Shown here: positions 21,641 through 32,351 of the stretch, one piece after another
Layout of the letters: every line of letters begins with the position of its first letter
How positions within the stretch are numbered: the first letter of the stretch is position 1
Origin: a virus
Virus record (IMG/VR): IMGVR_UViG_3300044801_000394
Span: 5,955-69,954 of that record
Reading direction: 5' to 3' (one strand)
DNA length: 64,000 bases
The notes under the pieces: model-generated
Database searches by the model: none
What the model saw: the letters and a program-made list of their open reading frames with translations, nothing else
What the model was told of the DNA's origin: nothing
Translations under genes and position numbers: made by a program

Positions 21641-24600
21641 ATGTTACAGCCTCCTTCAATATTATCCCCAATACAAAACTGGGAACCAACCTATAATTTT
21701 TCCTATTATACAGGTAATGTTATTCAACAGATCTCCGGGGACATTCCTGTACCAACAGGTCTCCTTCCTAATTTGTTACTTACTGTTGAATATAGTGTCC
21801 AACAGGGATTGTCTATAATTCCGCCACTTCCTGGAACTTATAGTCTGGCTGGGATAGTGGCAGGAGCAACCAATCCTTCAATAGACGATATAGCGTGGTC
21901 TTTTAATACTGAAGATTATATAACGTTGCAGGAAGGATCTATTGTAACTATATGGTTTAAGGCTGTGGAGTTTACTAGCCAAATAGGTTCTGTAGGAAAC
22001 GAAACAGACCAGAGTGACCCAGTAAGACTAGTAGTTAATGTTGTAAATGTAGACGCTATCTCTGCGTCTGTTTCTGTACCAACTGGTGTTACAGTAAAAG
22101 AGTTTAGAGATCAAATGAAAATCCTTATTCCAACGGATGCTATTATCATAAACGACAATAGCAGTTTTTTAGGGTGCAATTTCTATCTCAGCTTGTCCCC
22201 TGGAGGCGGTTCGTCAGGATATCAACTTATGAATGACTCATATGTAATCAATCCCGACACGTCTGAGACACAAAATACTACTGTCGTAGATTCTACATAT
22301 ACTGATGAAGCCGGAGATCTTACGATCCAGACTACAAAGACTATAGCAAGACAAATAAACTATTATACGTTTACGGTCGATAAAGATGTTTTGAAAGCTA
22401 TGGTAATTGCAGGAACTATACCTAATGTTTTCTTGTCTGATAACACGACACTGAATGATGACATACAGTATTATTTCGTAACAACAGCAGCTGCCTATGA
22501 CAACACTCTTACTCAGGCAGTAGAGAGTCCTTATTCTGTAGAGATTAATTCCTCGTTTATAAGATATCAAACTAATTTTCAGAGTCTTCCCGCACGAAGG
22601 AGACCCGACATCCTTTTGTCGATGGCCAAAAGAATCAACGCCAACAACGATCAGATAAATCTTGTTTCTGGACAGGTAATCCGTGATCAAATAGATCCAG
22701 TTTCTGATATGTTCGAGAAGTTCTACATTGTTGAAGATTTCGTGTTCACTTGTGAGTCGATAGATAGCTTGATGCAGTTCGATGATGCAAACGGGGATGG
22801 AGTCAGTGACGATCCTACCACAAGTTTACAAAAACAGAAACTGGCAGATGCCCTTAATGTAACAGATCCAGTGGTGTTACAAGCTTTGATAGATGAACAA
22901 TTTGATAAATCAGCGGCGAATTTTAATCTCTTAAGAAAACCGGCAACGTCTTCGACAGGATCTGTGACTTTTTTTATGACTGTTCGTACAACAACAGATC
23001 TGTTGGTACAGAACAATACGATAGTCCAGTATCCTGGGAATACAAGCCTAAATATGAGCCCTGTAAATTTTAATGTGCAAGGTAATTACATATTTGAGGC
23101 AGCTACTATAGACAACTACTATAATGCATCTCTAAAGAGATACGAGATAAAAGCCGCTATAATGGCTGTCAATTTAGGGTCTGCAGGAAATCTTCCTGCT
23201 GGAGTTATTACTGTGGTAACAAACCTGGATCCAAGGATTCAGGTAGAAAACGATGTTCCGACAAACTATGGCTCAGACCAGGAATCAAACCAGAGCCTTG
23301 GAAACCGCATTAAGCTGGCACGGTCTTCTTTTGATTCAGGGACTAGCCCAGGATATTTGTCTACGGTTTACGAAGTCCCTGGAGTTTTGGAAGTTAAAGG
23401 ACAATTTGGCGGAGACCCTCTTATGACTCGTGATTATGATGCTGATAGCAAACAGCATATAGGAGGAAAGGTAGATCTTTATATACGTGGTTCTAATATC
23501 AGCCAAGTAGTAGATCAGCTGGCTTTCAAATTCGAGTATCCTTCTGATGTTGATGGCAACAAAATTGAGGAAAGATTTTATGTCACAGATGCTCGGGATT
23601 TCAGGATAAAAACTACAAATCCTAAAGTCACAAGCGATAGTCCCATAGTCATTGTAAACAAGGTAAGAAATGCCACCAGGAACAAAGAATATGATCTGGC
23701 TGGATATCAAACTCTTTCTGATACTATAATTCTAAACAGCTCCAGTCAGCTTAATATTGCAATAGGTATGGCAACATTAGATGTTATTGAAGTCGACTAT
23801 GTCTATAGGAGCTCCAATGTTCTTGTTCTTGAGAATCAACCTATTTTGGATGTCATATCCGTACAGGATAAAGACGGGAATGTGATAGATGCTTCAAAGT
23901 ATCAAACAGTACAAATAGAGGATCCTCTAAAAACAGGAAGATCAACTATTGCAAAGGACGGTATAGAGTTTCTTTTTACTTCCAGTAACGACATAGCAGA
24001 ATCTATGAGCATATCCGATGAGCAGCATTTGGTTAGATTAAACAGCCCTGCAGAGTTAAATTTTAAAGGAGTCGATCTAGATTCTATTGTGGTGAAATCT
24101 TCAGACAACTCGATAGTCTATAGAAACACCATAGACTATACGGTAACTCTAGGGACTCAGACAGATTATACGTACATAAACTTAGTATCTAATGGTATGA
24201 TAAGATCAGGTGATACCATAAGTGTGGACTATACAGCAAGCACTAATCTATTTGTGACGTATACATATAACAGCCTGATGTCACAGGTACAGGATAAAGT
24301 AAACATAATGAAACACGCATGTGCTGATGCTATCGTTAAAGAAGCAGTCGAAAACCCAATCGATTTGAGTTTTGATATAGAACGAGATCTAAGCGTGGCA
24401 AATTCCAATGACGGGACAACAACCGACGATGAAAATAGATTAAGATCTAAAATACAAACAGCTATATACAACGCTGTAGCTGGGTTGAAGATGGGCGAGA
24501 CACTTACACAAGGATATCTTGTAAAAACTATCCTCTCTGTTCAAGGAGTAGAATCCGTAACTACTCCTTTCTCCATAATGATGAAAAGGCAAGGATCCTT

Positions 24601-25009
24601 TATACCCCTGGACGATTTAGGATATTTATCCTTTGAAGTATTTCAGAGGAACGGAGAAGAAGGAATAACGTCGTATAAGAGCATAACATCAGTTTTGACT
24701 TATTCCACTACGGATAACGGAGGACCAGCAAATCTTTTTAGAGCCGTCTATGAGGATATGATCGAACTAGAGTTAGTGGACGATCCAACATTGGTAGCCA
24801 AGCAAGCAGGAAGCGCATATATAATGGCAGATGGAAGCATAGTCGTCAGCACTACAGATGGGAGACCTCCCCAGGCTAAGCATTACACGGCAGCATATTA
24901 TGTTTCTTATCCTGTAGGAGTAACAGAGGTCGGAGATATTAAGACCTCTGAAATAGAATATCTTGTTGCAGACAGTATCAGCTTCAAAGGTATAGACTTT
25001 ACCAACTAA
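21641..25009 (+). CDS. Baseplate J/gp6-like wedge protein
   Basis: 1122 aa. RKPATSSTGSVTF, GSAGNLPAG, GSDQESNQSL and VPGV motifs are typical of Baseplate_J. Confidence 0.8.
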   Translation: MLQPPSILSPIQNWEPTYNFSYYTGNVIQQISGDIPVPTGLLPNLLLTVEYSVQQGLSIIPPLPGTYSLAGIVAGATNPSIDDIAWSFNTEDYITLQEGSIVTIWFKAVEFTSQIGSVGNETDQSDPVRLVVNVVNVDAISASVSVPTGVTVKEFRDQMKILIPTDAIIINDNSSFLGCNFYLSLSPGGGSSGYQLMNDSYVINPDTSETQNTTVVDSTYTDEAGDLTIQTTKTIARQINYYTFTVDKDVLKAMVIAGTIPNVFLSDNTTLNDDIQYYFVTTAAAYDNTLTQAVESPYSVEINSSFIRYQTNFQSLPARRRPDILLSMAKRINANNDQINLVSGQVIRDQIDPVSDMFEKFYIVEDFVFTCESIDSLMQFDDANGDGVSDDPTTSLQKQKLADALNVTDPVVLQALIDEQFDKSAANFNLLRKPATSSTGSVTFFMTVRTTTDLLVQNNTIVQYPGNTSLNMSPVNFNVQGNYIFEAATIDNYYNASLKRYEIKAAIMAVNLGSAGNLPAGVITVVTNLDPRIQVENDVPTNYGSDQESNQSLGNRIKLARSSFDSGTSPGYLSTVYEVPGVLEVKGQFGGDPLMTRDYDADSKQHIGGKVDLYIRGSNISQVVDQLAFKFEYPSDVDGNKIEERFYVTDARDFRIKTTNPKVTSDSPIVIVNKVRNATRNKEYDLAGYQTLSDTIILNSSSQLNIAIGMATLDVIEVDYVYRSSNVLVLENQPILDVISVQDKDGNVIDASKYQTVQIEDPLKTGRSTIAKDGIEFLFTSSNDIAESMSISDEQHLVRLNSPAELNFKGVDLDSIVVKSSDNSIVYRNTIDYTVTLGTQTDYTYINLVSNGMIRSGDTISVDYTASTNLFVTYTYNSLMSQVQDKVNIMKHACADAIVKEAVENPIDLSFDIERDLSVANSNDGTTTDDENRLRSKIQTAIYNAVAGLKMGETLTQGYLVKTILSVQGVESVTTPFSIMMKRQGSFIPLDDLGYLSFEVFQRNGEEGITSYKSITSVLTYSTTDNGGPANLFRAVYEDMIELELVDDPTLVAKQAGSAYIMADGSIVVSTTDGRPPQAKHYTAAYYVSYPVGVTEVGDIKTSEIEYLVADSISFKGIDFTN

Positions 25010-25024
25010 TAAAAAGGGCTCGAC

Positions 25025-28000
25025 ATGGCACAAAATGTAGAAAAAAATGTATCCAATATCTATCAGGATCTTCAGTACTCCTATGATAGAGTTTCTTTTA
25101 ATCCTGGAGTCCCTCCTTTAGCCAACGAGCTGAACGACCTTCAGGAATTTCAAGAGATCCTAACTCAAAAGTCTACGGCAGGTTTTCCTTCTGGATGGCT
25201 TAGCTATAGGCCTTTCTATACCTCCAAAGATTTGTCCAATAGTTTCTACACACAAGATCCAGCTGAACCAAAGCCGGAAGTAGCACTTGTTAATGGCTGG
25301 CCTATTTATGTTACGAATACAAATACTTCTTTAAGGCATGTCAATCAGATAAATCTTAGTGACTTTGAATTGAAATCTGGATCGAGGGTTGATGGTGTAT
25401 TCCTGGAAGTGTGGAGATCTTTAATCACTCCACAAGATTCTAATGTCATGGCAAAGCCCCAGAATACTAGTCAAATAAGTACCGTCTATAGCATAGAGAT
25501 GTTTGATGAAAGTCTGGGATGGGCTGTAGGAGATAAGGGCACCATATTAAAGACGGTGGACGGGGGAGATAACTGGGTCACTAAAGATACCCCTATCGCG
25601 GTTAAATTCAATAGAGTTAAATTTTACAACCAGAGCATAGGATATGCCATAGCAGAAAAGGGATACATCATAAAGACTCTTAATGGTGGAGAGTCCTGGT
25701 TTGTTGTTTCGACAACAGTAAACGACAATCTGAATGATTTATCCATAATAAATCAGAACACGATTATAGCGGTAGGGGATAACGGAACGATATTAAAAAC
25801 TTTGGACGGAACTAATTTTGAGCTCATTCTAAGTACCTCTGGTACTACTGCTAATTTAAATGGTATCTTTTTCTATGATGACACGATAGGTTGGATCGTA
25901 GGAGATGCTGGGACTCTGCTTATTACAAAAGATAGAGGTCAAACATGGCAGACTCAGGTTATTTTGGATACCAAGGCTTCAGCTATAGTTACAACCGATC
26001 TAACTTCCGTGGCATTTTTCAATTTGAATGATGGTATAGTAATAGGAAAAGACGGAACAATCCTGAAAACCTCTGATAGTGGGTATCATTTTGTAGGCAT
26101 GTCTGACATGGTCTGGAACAGCACTACTAGCACATACAATACTTTGGATCAAATATATCCGAATACTAGTACCGATCTAAATAGGATTTTCATTGATGAA
26201 CATTTCGCCAATAATTTCAGTATTAGTTTATACGGTCCATCAGCGACTCTATTCAGCAATGCAAGTTATAATGTGACCCCTGATTATTTTACTTTGCAGT
26301 TTAGAAGCATAGCAGACAGTGTAGATCACTGTAAACAGTTTTCTTTAACACAGTATCCTTCGGCAGAAGCACTGACTAAAGCAGTTAATAGTTACTCTGA
26401 AGTATATGATATCCGTTCTGGTAAGATGGCACAAGTGTTTCAGATGACAGCATCCTATGCCACCACTATAGCTGGTTTTGTACCAACTAGTGGGGCTATT
26501 TCCAGCTCCGGAACCACTACTATATCGTTTTCTATCGAAGATACAGCCTGGATCGTGGGAAATGATGGTTTAGTACTGAAGACCAGTAACAGCGGGTCAA
26601 GATGGGATATTATACCGAATCTATTAGGTTTTGATTTGTATGATGCCGCTTTTGTAAGTGACACTCTTGGGTGGGTATCAGGATCTGATGGCAGTATCCT
26701 GTTCTATAATCCACCAAACAGTTTTGTTGCTCAGAATACAGATTTACCTTTAAAATCAAAAGGAAGAATATACCCCGAAGGTAACATCTTGTCTCAAGCT
26801 GAGAATTTCCTTGATGATGATATCATAGATCCTCAAGTGGGTGTGGAAACATCTGACAGGATACAAATCCAATACAGTATAAGAGTAGCAACTGGCATAG
26901 ACCCGTTTACGTATCCTGAATCTGGCCTGGGAGCAGAATACATAAATAGTTTAGGTCCAAACGATAATAATAGCGATGCTGGATCATATACTTTCTCTAA
27001 TATGGGGCAGGAAAATGGGGACTATGGTCTTTGGAAAGCACACTGCAGAAACACATATGATGGTTGGGTCTGGGCAATACCTATGTTTATTGTTACGAGA
27101 AGGAACTCCTCTCCTTTTGATCCGGATACCAACATAAACGGTTCCACAGATTATTCCCTTAATGCTATAAGACCAGATGAGCTGACTTATGAAGAGATAG
27201 ACGATTCAGAAATAACTGACCTTAGAAAGAAGATCAACATCCAGTCTTACACAGCTTTAATGGAAAAGAATTTTGATAAGCTTATGGGTAACAGGTTGAG
27301 AACCAAGCTTAGTACTAGGGATGAAAAGGGTACTCAGTATGGGACATCAATCCTTCTCGCGGACACATTTATCGGCACAGATCCGTTGAATAATCTTGTG
27401 AGTGGATTGGTAACTTCAGAAGCGGCACTAACAGAGGATGTTAAAGAATTAGATCCCAACAATGTGACACCTCTTACTACTGCTGATTTTACTTTTGGCC
27501 CTGTGGTCGATGGTATATACTTGACCGATCCCTCTTATCATATAGTAAGATCTAAAATTAACGGAGTTGAGACTTCAAAAGTGATTCCAGGATCTTTCGA
27601 GGGGCTTGGGACTAACACTTTGATATTTGATATTGGTCAGTATTCTCCAGATCCTGGAGAGACCTATGTCATGCACGCATGGAGGATAGACTACACAAAA
27701 GACGGGTTAAGTCAAGTACCGAACGAACCACTCGGTGTTAAGTACGTGCCTGATGTAGAAGATAATAGTGTTTTCTATAGAGGCATCAATGCGAATGTGG
27801 AAAATCAAAATATAGAATACCTGACAGAGAGAGTCCCGGGATATCAGGATTACACGGATTTTTATTCTGCCAAAAATATAGGGAATAATCAGGATGATAT
27901 AGACCTGTATCAAAGTACTGATAATTATGTGGAGAGCTCTTTAGACTACACAAGATCTTTAACGAAGTTTAAGGGACAACAGTTTAAAGGATCACTTCTG

Positions 28001-29395
28001 GAATACCATTACTTTTTACAGACGACAGACTATATCAATCAGCTTGTTATCCCAAAAAACATTAACAATTATACTGTTTTTAATGTTAAGAAAGTAGCAG
28101 ATGCAAATAGCGGGGCAGCATATCTTATTTCAACAGGCTATGATAACACAAGTGCCCCTAGTACTACTTTGTGGAGCGAAAGCCCTATAAGTGGAGGCTC
28201 TTATGATAATAGCACTATAACCATAAATATTGACCCTGCTTTTACTATTCCAAAATCGGCTGTAGTTGAAGTTATTCTTGAAGTAGTGCCATCCATTACT
28301 CCTGTTTCAACTACATTAGGTTTCACTCAGACTAATATAGGACCGAACATCCAGGCGTACAGAGCTCCTTTTACCGCAAACTTCAACGTTGGATCAAAAG
28401 GAGTAGACGGTCTTTATAAATCAGCTTTGTTTGTTACTCCTGTAACAGCAGCGTCTAAATCTATTACTGTTGATTTAACCAATCCTGGTTCAAATAATGA
28501 TGGGAGTTTAACCAACGGAACGATCCTAGGTATTAGCTCTTTTGTAACTAAAGAAGTTACATACCAATCATATGTGTGGTATAGTACTGATGGACTATTT
28601 TTCTACGCGATACCCATTAGCAGTGTAGAGAATTTAGGAACAAGTTCTGTTACCATCTATTTTGATAATAGGGTGACTATTACTGGGGGGACTATTTATG
28701 TCCCTATGCTGGTACAACAGACCCAATTCACAGGAGCTACGGCTACATCCGAGGCATATGTGTTTTACAAGTTCAGACCGTATCAGGCATTGGATAATCT
28801 TCCAACAGAACTGACAGTTGAAGTATTGACAAGTTCTGATTTCCTGTATGTGTCCAATCTTGGTACAGGAGGTAGCAACAAAATCAAAAAGGATCCTTAC
28901 GAGAATCCTATAGATCATATACCTGTTAATGATGCTAGTTTTGTTAATGATAACATCTTCACGAACATAGATGACTTGGACTTCATAGACATTAGTGTGG
29001 ATACCGGTTTGGTTAAGATACCGGCTTTTCTCTCTCGTAAATTAGGAGAAGATATTACTCTGTCAAAGCCTAACAACATAGGGGACAGACTTGGAAGAGC
29101 TTTTTATACAGCATGTGATGATACGTTCAAGTATCAATCTGAAGGGTTGGTGCATGCAGTACCGAGAAAAGTTTTCTTCCCTGTTTTGGCTCGAGTAAGA
29201 TCAGATTTGATAAGCCCTGTTGTTCGTGGAGAGATTGTCCTTATCGTCTTTTCAAAGATGTTCAAGGCTCGTACGGAGAACATGTCAGGGATGTTTGAGG
29301 ATGATGATACAGAGTACACACCAGGTTACTTTGAAAGTGCGGATACAGCTATAGCCGTTTACAGACTGTTAAATTATCCGACCGTCAGGATGTAA
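25025..29395 (+). CDS. Large tail/fibre-associated protein with YCF48/BNR-like beta-propeller insert
   Basis: 1456 aa. N-terminal FNPGVPPLANELNDLQE; repeated GWxVGxxGTILKTxDGGxxW blades; paralogous to 46685-50020. Confidence 0.75.
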   Translation: MAQNVEKNVSNIYQDLQYSYDRVSFNPGVPPLANELNDLQEFQEILTQKSTAGFPSGWLSYRPFYTSKDLSNSFYTQDPAEPKPEVALVNGWPIYVTNTNTSLRHVNQINLSDFELKSGSRVDGVFLEVWRSLITPQDSNVMAKPQNTSQISTVYSIEMFDESLGWAVGDKGTILKTVDGGDNWVTKDTPIAVKFNRVKFYNQSIGYAIAEKGYIIKTLNGGESWFVVSTTVNDNLNDLSIINQNTIIAVGDNGTILKTLDGTNFELILSTSGTTANLNGIFFYDDTIGWIVGDAGTLLITKDRGQTWQTQVILDTKASAIVTTDLTSVAFFNLNDGIVIGKDGTILKTSDSGYHFVGMSDMVWNSTTSTYNTLDQIYPNTSTDLNRIFIDEHFANNFSISLYGPSATLFSNASYNVTPDYFTLQFRSIADSVDHCKQFSLTQYPSAEALTKAVNSYSEVYDIRSGKMAQVFQMTASYATTIAGFVPTSGAISSSGTTTISFSIEDTAWIVGNDGLVLKTSNSGSRWDIIPNLLGFDLYDAAFVSDTLGWVSGSDGSILFYNPPNSFVAQNTDLPLKSKGRIYPEGNILSQAENFLDDDIIDPQVGVETSDRIQIQYSIRVATGIDPFTYPESGLGAEYINSLGPNDNNSDAGSYTFSNMGQENGDYGLWKAHCRNTYDGWVWAIPMFIVTRRNSSPFDPDTNINGSTDYSLNAIRPDELTYEEIDDSEITDLRKKINIQSYTALMEKNFDKLMGNRLRTKLSTRDEKGTQYGTSILLADTFIGTDPLNNLVSGLVTSEAALTEDVKELDPNNVTPLTTADFTFGPVVDGIYLTDPSYHIVRSKINGVETSKVIPGSFEGLGTNTLIFDIGQYSPDPGETYVMHAWRIDYTKDGLSQVPNEPLGVKYVPDVEDNSVFYRGINANVENQNIEYLTERVPGYQDYTDFYSAKNIGNNQDDIDLYQSTDNYVESSLDYTRSLTKFKGQQFKGSLLEYHYFLQTTDYINQLVIPKNINNYTVFNVKKVADANSGAAYLISTGYDNTSAPSTTLWSESPISGGSYDNSTITINIDPAFTIPKSAVVEVILEVVPSITPVSTTLGFTQTNIGPNIQAYRAPFTANFNVGSKGVDGLYKSALFVTPVTAASKSITVDLTNPGSNNDGSLTNGTILGISSFVTKEVTYQSYVWYSTDGLFFYAIPISSVENLGTSSVTIYFDNRVTITGGTIYVPMLVQQTQFTGATATSEAYVFYKFRPYQALDNLPTELTVEVLTSSDFLYVSNLGTGGSNKIKKDPYENPIDHIPVNDASFVNDNIFTNIDDLDFIDISVDTGLVKIPAFLSRKLGEDITLSKPNNIGDRLGRAFYTACDDTFKYQSEGLVHAVPRKVFFPVLARVRSDLISPVVRGEIVLIVFSKMFKARTENMSGMFEDDDTEYTPGYFESADTAIAVYRLLNYPTVRM

Positions 29396-29399
29396 TCAC

Positions 29400-30596
29400 A
29401 TGGACCTGCAGTTTTCTAAGAGTAATACTATTAGTGTCTATTACTCAGCCGTAGGTCTCACAGGTCCTAGCGGTTTTAGCAGGATTACGGGAGAAAAACA
29501 GTATTCAGTGGATCTTGGTACGATCCTGTATAATAATTCTTTTTTGAAGTTGAACAGTTTGGTTATCCCGCTAAAAGATCAGATTTTTTTTGATCCTGTT
29601 GCGGATAAAAATAAGTATGCAGCAGTAAATGTTTACTATGATGCGGAATATGGGCAGTTTGTTTTTGACAGGGTAGCTGTTTCCGATAAATATATAAGAA
29701 AATACACGGCTGCAGCTATTCCGAATGTCATACCAATAGCCCAGTTTATAATAAGGCAGGCACAGGAAAGCTTTGAGGTTATAAGCTATAATGAGTACTC
29801 TCAGATGTCGACGTTTACTATAACGGACGATTTTGAGCAGGGAGACACAGGGGTAGATCTTTTACAAGGGGATACAGGACCCTATGGTCCTACCGGACTG
29901 ATAGGGGATATGGGGTATACAGGACTGCCGGGAGATCCTGGGTTTATGGGTCTTACTGGTGTATCTTTACCAGGTAGTGCAGGAGAACAAGGAGGGACGG
30001 GTGTTTATGTGGACACAGATATGCAACTTTATCTCAAGTTTAAGACGGATGATCGAAGACAAACAGATTATTCCCCGTATGAAAGAGATTGTTTTTATAC
30101 TTGGACAGGTATATATCAAGATGGGACTCAGAAATCTTATTATTTAGTAGAACCGGGTCCTGTAGATAACTGTCACAATGTTGTATTTAACGGGGAATTT
30201 GCTGCGTATCGAAGGAATGAGTTCCTTGAGTTTGGAAGGGAAACCGGGACTATCTGTGCTTGGATAAGAACAACAGATAAACCAAGAGCCGATTTCACTT
30301 ATACTTACAAAGGGATAACGGGGATCTACGGGATTACTGGGGCTCCGATCTATGGAGTTACCGGGGCTTACAGAGTGTCTTTTAAGGATACATCAGGATA
30401 TTCGCCTACATCGTGGAAGTGGATAATAAACTATGATCCTTCTTATGAGGGGGAAGACCACGGTATAGTTTATACTATGCAAAATGTGTCCTATACGTTT
30501 CCCGGTATTACTGGGACTTATATAGTAAAGTTGGTAGCAGGGAATCTTAACGGGTCTTCGGAAATAGTTCATTTTATTAACTTACCTTTACCTTAA
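29400..30596 (+). CDS. Collagen-containing tail appendage protein with N-terminal half of a LamG-like domain and a PKD domain
   Basis: 398 aa. Gly-X-Y run at 29841-30002; LYLKF...TICAWIR; PRADF...VSFKDTS...SWKW PKD motif. Confidence 0.75.
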   Translation: MDLQFSKSNTISVYYSAVGLTGPSGFSRITGEKQYSVDLGTILYNNSFLKLNSLVIPLKDQIFFDPVADKNKYAAVNVYYDAEYGQFVFDRVAVSDKYIRKYTAAAIPNVIPIAQFIIRQAQESFEVISYNEYSQMSTFTITDDFEQGDTGVDLLQGDTGPYGPTGLIGDMGYTGLPGDPGFMGLTGVSLPGSAGEQGGTGVYVDTDMQLYLKFKTDDRRQTDYSPYERDCFYTWTGIYQDGTQKSYYLVEPGPVDNCHNVVFNGEFAAYRRNEFLEFGRETGTICAWIRTTDKPRADFTYTYKGITGIYGITGAPIYGVTGAYRVSFKDTSGYSPTSWKWIINYDPSYEGEDHGIVYTMQNVSYTFPGITGTYIVKLVAGNLNGSSEIVHFINLPLP

Positions 30597-30622
30597 ATAT
30601 AAAAATCAAAAGGAGCTTTATT

Positions 30623-31042
30623 ATGGCCTCACAAGTTCGTTTAGCCAATGAAACGGTATCAATTGAAGCTGCTGCTCTCAACGCTCAATTCAACGGAGCA
30701 ATTTTACAGATTATGGACGGTATCCAACCTGTTAATGGGGACACAGGACCGATTGGAAACACATTAGTTGGGTATACTTTGCCAAATCCTTGTTTTATAA
30801 CGGGCATAAACGGAGTGCTTATGTCAGACACTATAACACCCGAAGCTGCACAGAATTCGGGTACAGCCACATGGTTCAGGATTACGAGTCATATAGGCTT
30901 TGGACCGTACTATCCTCCTCTTATGGACGGAAGTGTTGGTGTGTCAGGCTCTAACTGTGATTTAATTCTTAATAGTACGGCAATTATAGATTCGGCAATA
31001 GTTACTTTAACGTCATTCACGTACACTGTTACCAAACAATAA
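30623..31042 (+). CDS. Small virion structural protein
   Basis: 139 aa with AAGGAG RBS. GTATWFRI...DGSVG motif is common in small phage tail proteins. Confidence 0.65.
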   Translation: MASQVRLANETVSIEAAALNAQFNGAILQIMDGIQPVNGDTGPIGNTLVGYTLPNPCFITGINGVLMSDTITPEAAQNSGTATWFRITSHIGFGPYYPPLMDGSVGVSGSNCDLILNSTAIIDSAIVTLTSFTYTVTKQ

Positions 31043-31072
31043 TTTTGTTGTATTTAGAATAAGGTAACGTAT

Positions 31073-32278
31073 ATGGGATATATAGGATATATAGATACTT
31101 TTCAGCCAAAACAATCTGTTAATTTGTCAGGCTATACTTTTTATGGCTCGATAAATATTTTGCAGAAAAAGCAGGTTGCAAGTATATCTGGTACAAATTT
31201 TTATGGATCAGTAGCTGTGTTTCAGAAAAAGCAGGCTACAAGTATATCCGGTACAAATTTTTATGGAGCAGTAAATACCTCGCAGAAAAAGCAATCCACC
31301 AATATATCAGCAGTAATGAGTCCGCCAGCTGCTTCTACTCTCGTATCCCCACTAAACGGGGCAACAGGAGTTTTTAGATCTCTAACGTTTACGTGGAACT
31401 CGTCAGCCGGAGCCGCAACATATGAACTTCAGATATCTACAGAAAATACTTTTACGACCGGAGTTGTGTACGATAAAAGCGGAATCATTACAACTTCTCA
31501 ACAGGTGACGGGGTTATCAGCTAGTACACAGTATTACTGGAGAGTTGGTGCCACTAATGGGGCTGGTACGACCTGGTCAACTTCGTGGCCGTGGAATTTC
31601 ACAACGGGGTATGTAGATTTTTCTGCTGTTGTTGCAGGACATCCACCAAACAGTCCTCATGAAGGAGACGGATCCGTTCAGTTTGGTTATACGGGTGCAT
31701 ATACTTCTATTACTTCCTATGTTTGGAATTATGGAGATGGTAGTAGAGCAAGCTACATTTTTAATCCTCCACCTTCTCACGTATATCCATCTTCCAACGT
31801 ATATTCAGTCTCTTTAACAGTTAGCAACGGTATGTACTCGGATACCATTATAAAGTATAACTACATAATAATAAACGAATTACAGGCTTCATCAGAAAGC
31901 ATAATCATAGAGTCTTTTGAAAATAGCAGCAGCAGAGATTGGAAATTTTATGTAGATGATATGGGACATCTTTCTTTTGATATTGGTGCAGATACCTTCA
32001 GGTCTACTAATCCAGTCGTTAATTTGGGGGTATGGACTTTAGTCGAGTTTCATCCTGGTAGAAATAAAATGTATGTTGCATCAGTAGGCAACGGAAGAAA
32101 AGAAGTACCTTGTTATTTGTCCACCACGGGAAGTACAGGCATGCATATGGAAGACAAAATATATATCGCTGAAAATTCGAATATGAAGATAGACGAACTT
32201 AAAGTTACAAAAAAAGATTTGAATTTAGACTCCTATTTTAGATCTCTCCAAGGTACTGTATACTACCTTCCTAAATAA
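31073..32278 (+). CDS. Appendage protein: 20-aa repeats, FN3-like, PKD and C-terminal half of LamG-like domain
   Basis: 401 aa. LSASTQYYWRV (FN3), YVWNYGDG (PKD), GVWTLV...IDELKV (LamG C-terminal part). Confidence 0.75.
   Translation: MGYIGYIDTFQPKQSVNLSGYTFYGSINILQKKQVASISGTNFYGSVAVFQKKQATSISGTNFYGAVNTSQKKQSTNISAVMSPPAASTLVSPLNGATGVFRSLTFTWNSSAGAATYELQISTENTFTTGVVYDKSGIITTSQQVTGLSASTQYYWRVGATNGAGTTWSTSWPWNFTTGYVDFSAVVAGHPPNSPHEGDGSVQFGYTGAYTSITSYVWNYGDGSRASYIFNPPPSHVYPSSNVYSVSLTVSNGMYSDTIIKYNYIIINELQASSESIIIESFENSSSRDWKFYVDDMGHLSFDIGADTFRSTNPVVNLGVWTLVEFHPGRNKMYVASVGNGRKEVPCYLSTTGSTGMHMEDKIYIAENSNMKIDELKVTKKDLNLDSYFRSLQGTVYYLPK
31081..31310 (+). repeat. About four imperfect 60-bp in-frame tandem repeats
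   Basis: Units align at 60-nt period (ttatgg...cagaaaaagca...agtatatc.ggtacaaattt), encoding YGxxxxxQKKQxxSISGTNF. Confidence 0.9.
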
Positions 32279-32351
32279 CAGTTTCCCGCATAAGCTATTA
32301 ATATTTTCCGTCTAATGTAGTAGGTATATCCTATAAAAGGGCATAAGCATA

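Noticed and set aside
31081-31310. 60-bp periodic repeat as a CRISPR array or DGR template/variable repeat
   Set aside because: Units are in-frame coding and degenerate with no repeat-spacer alternation. Differences are not adenine-specific, and no cas or reverse transcriptase gene is in the window.
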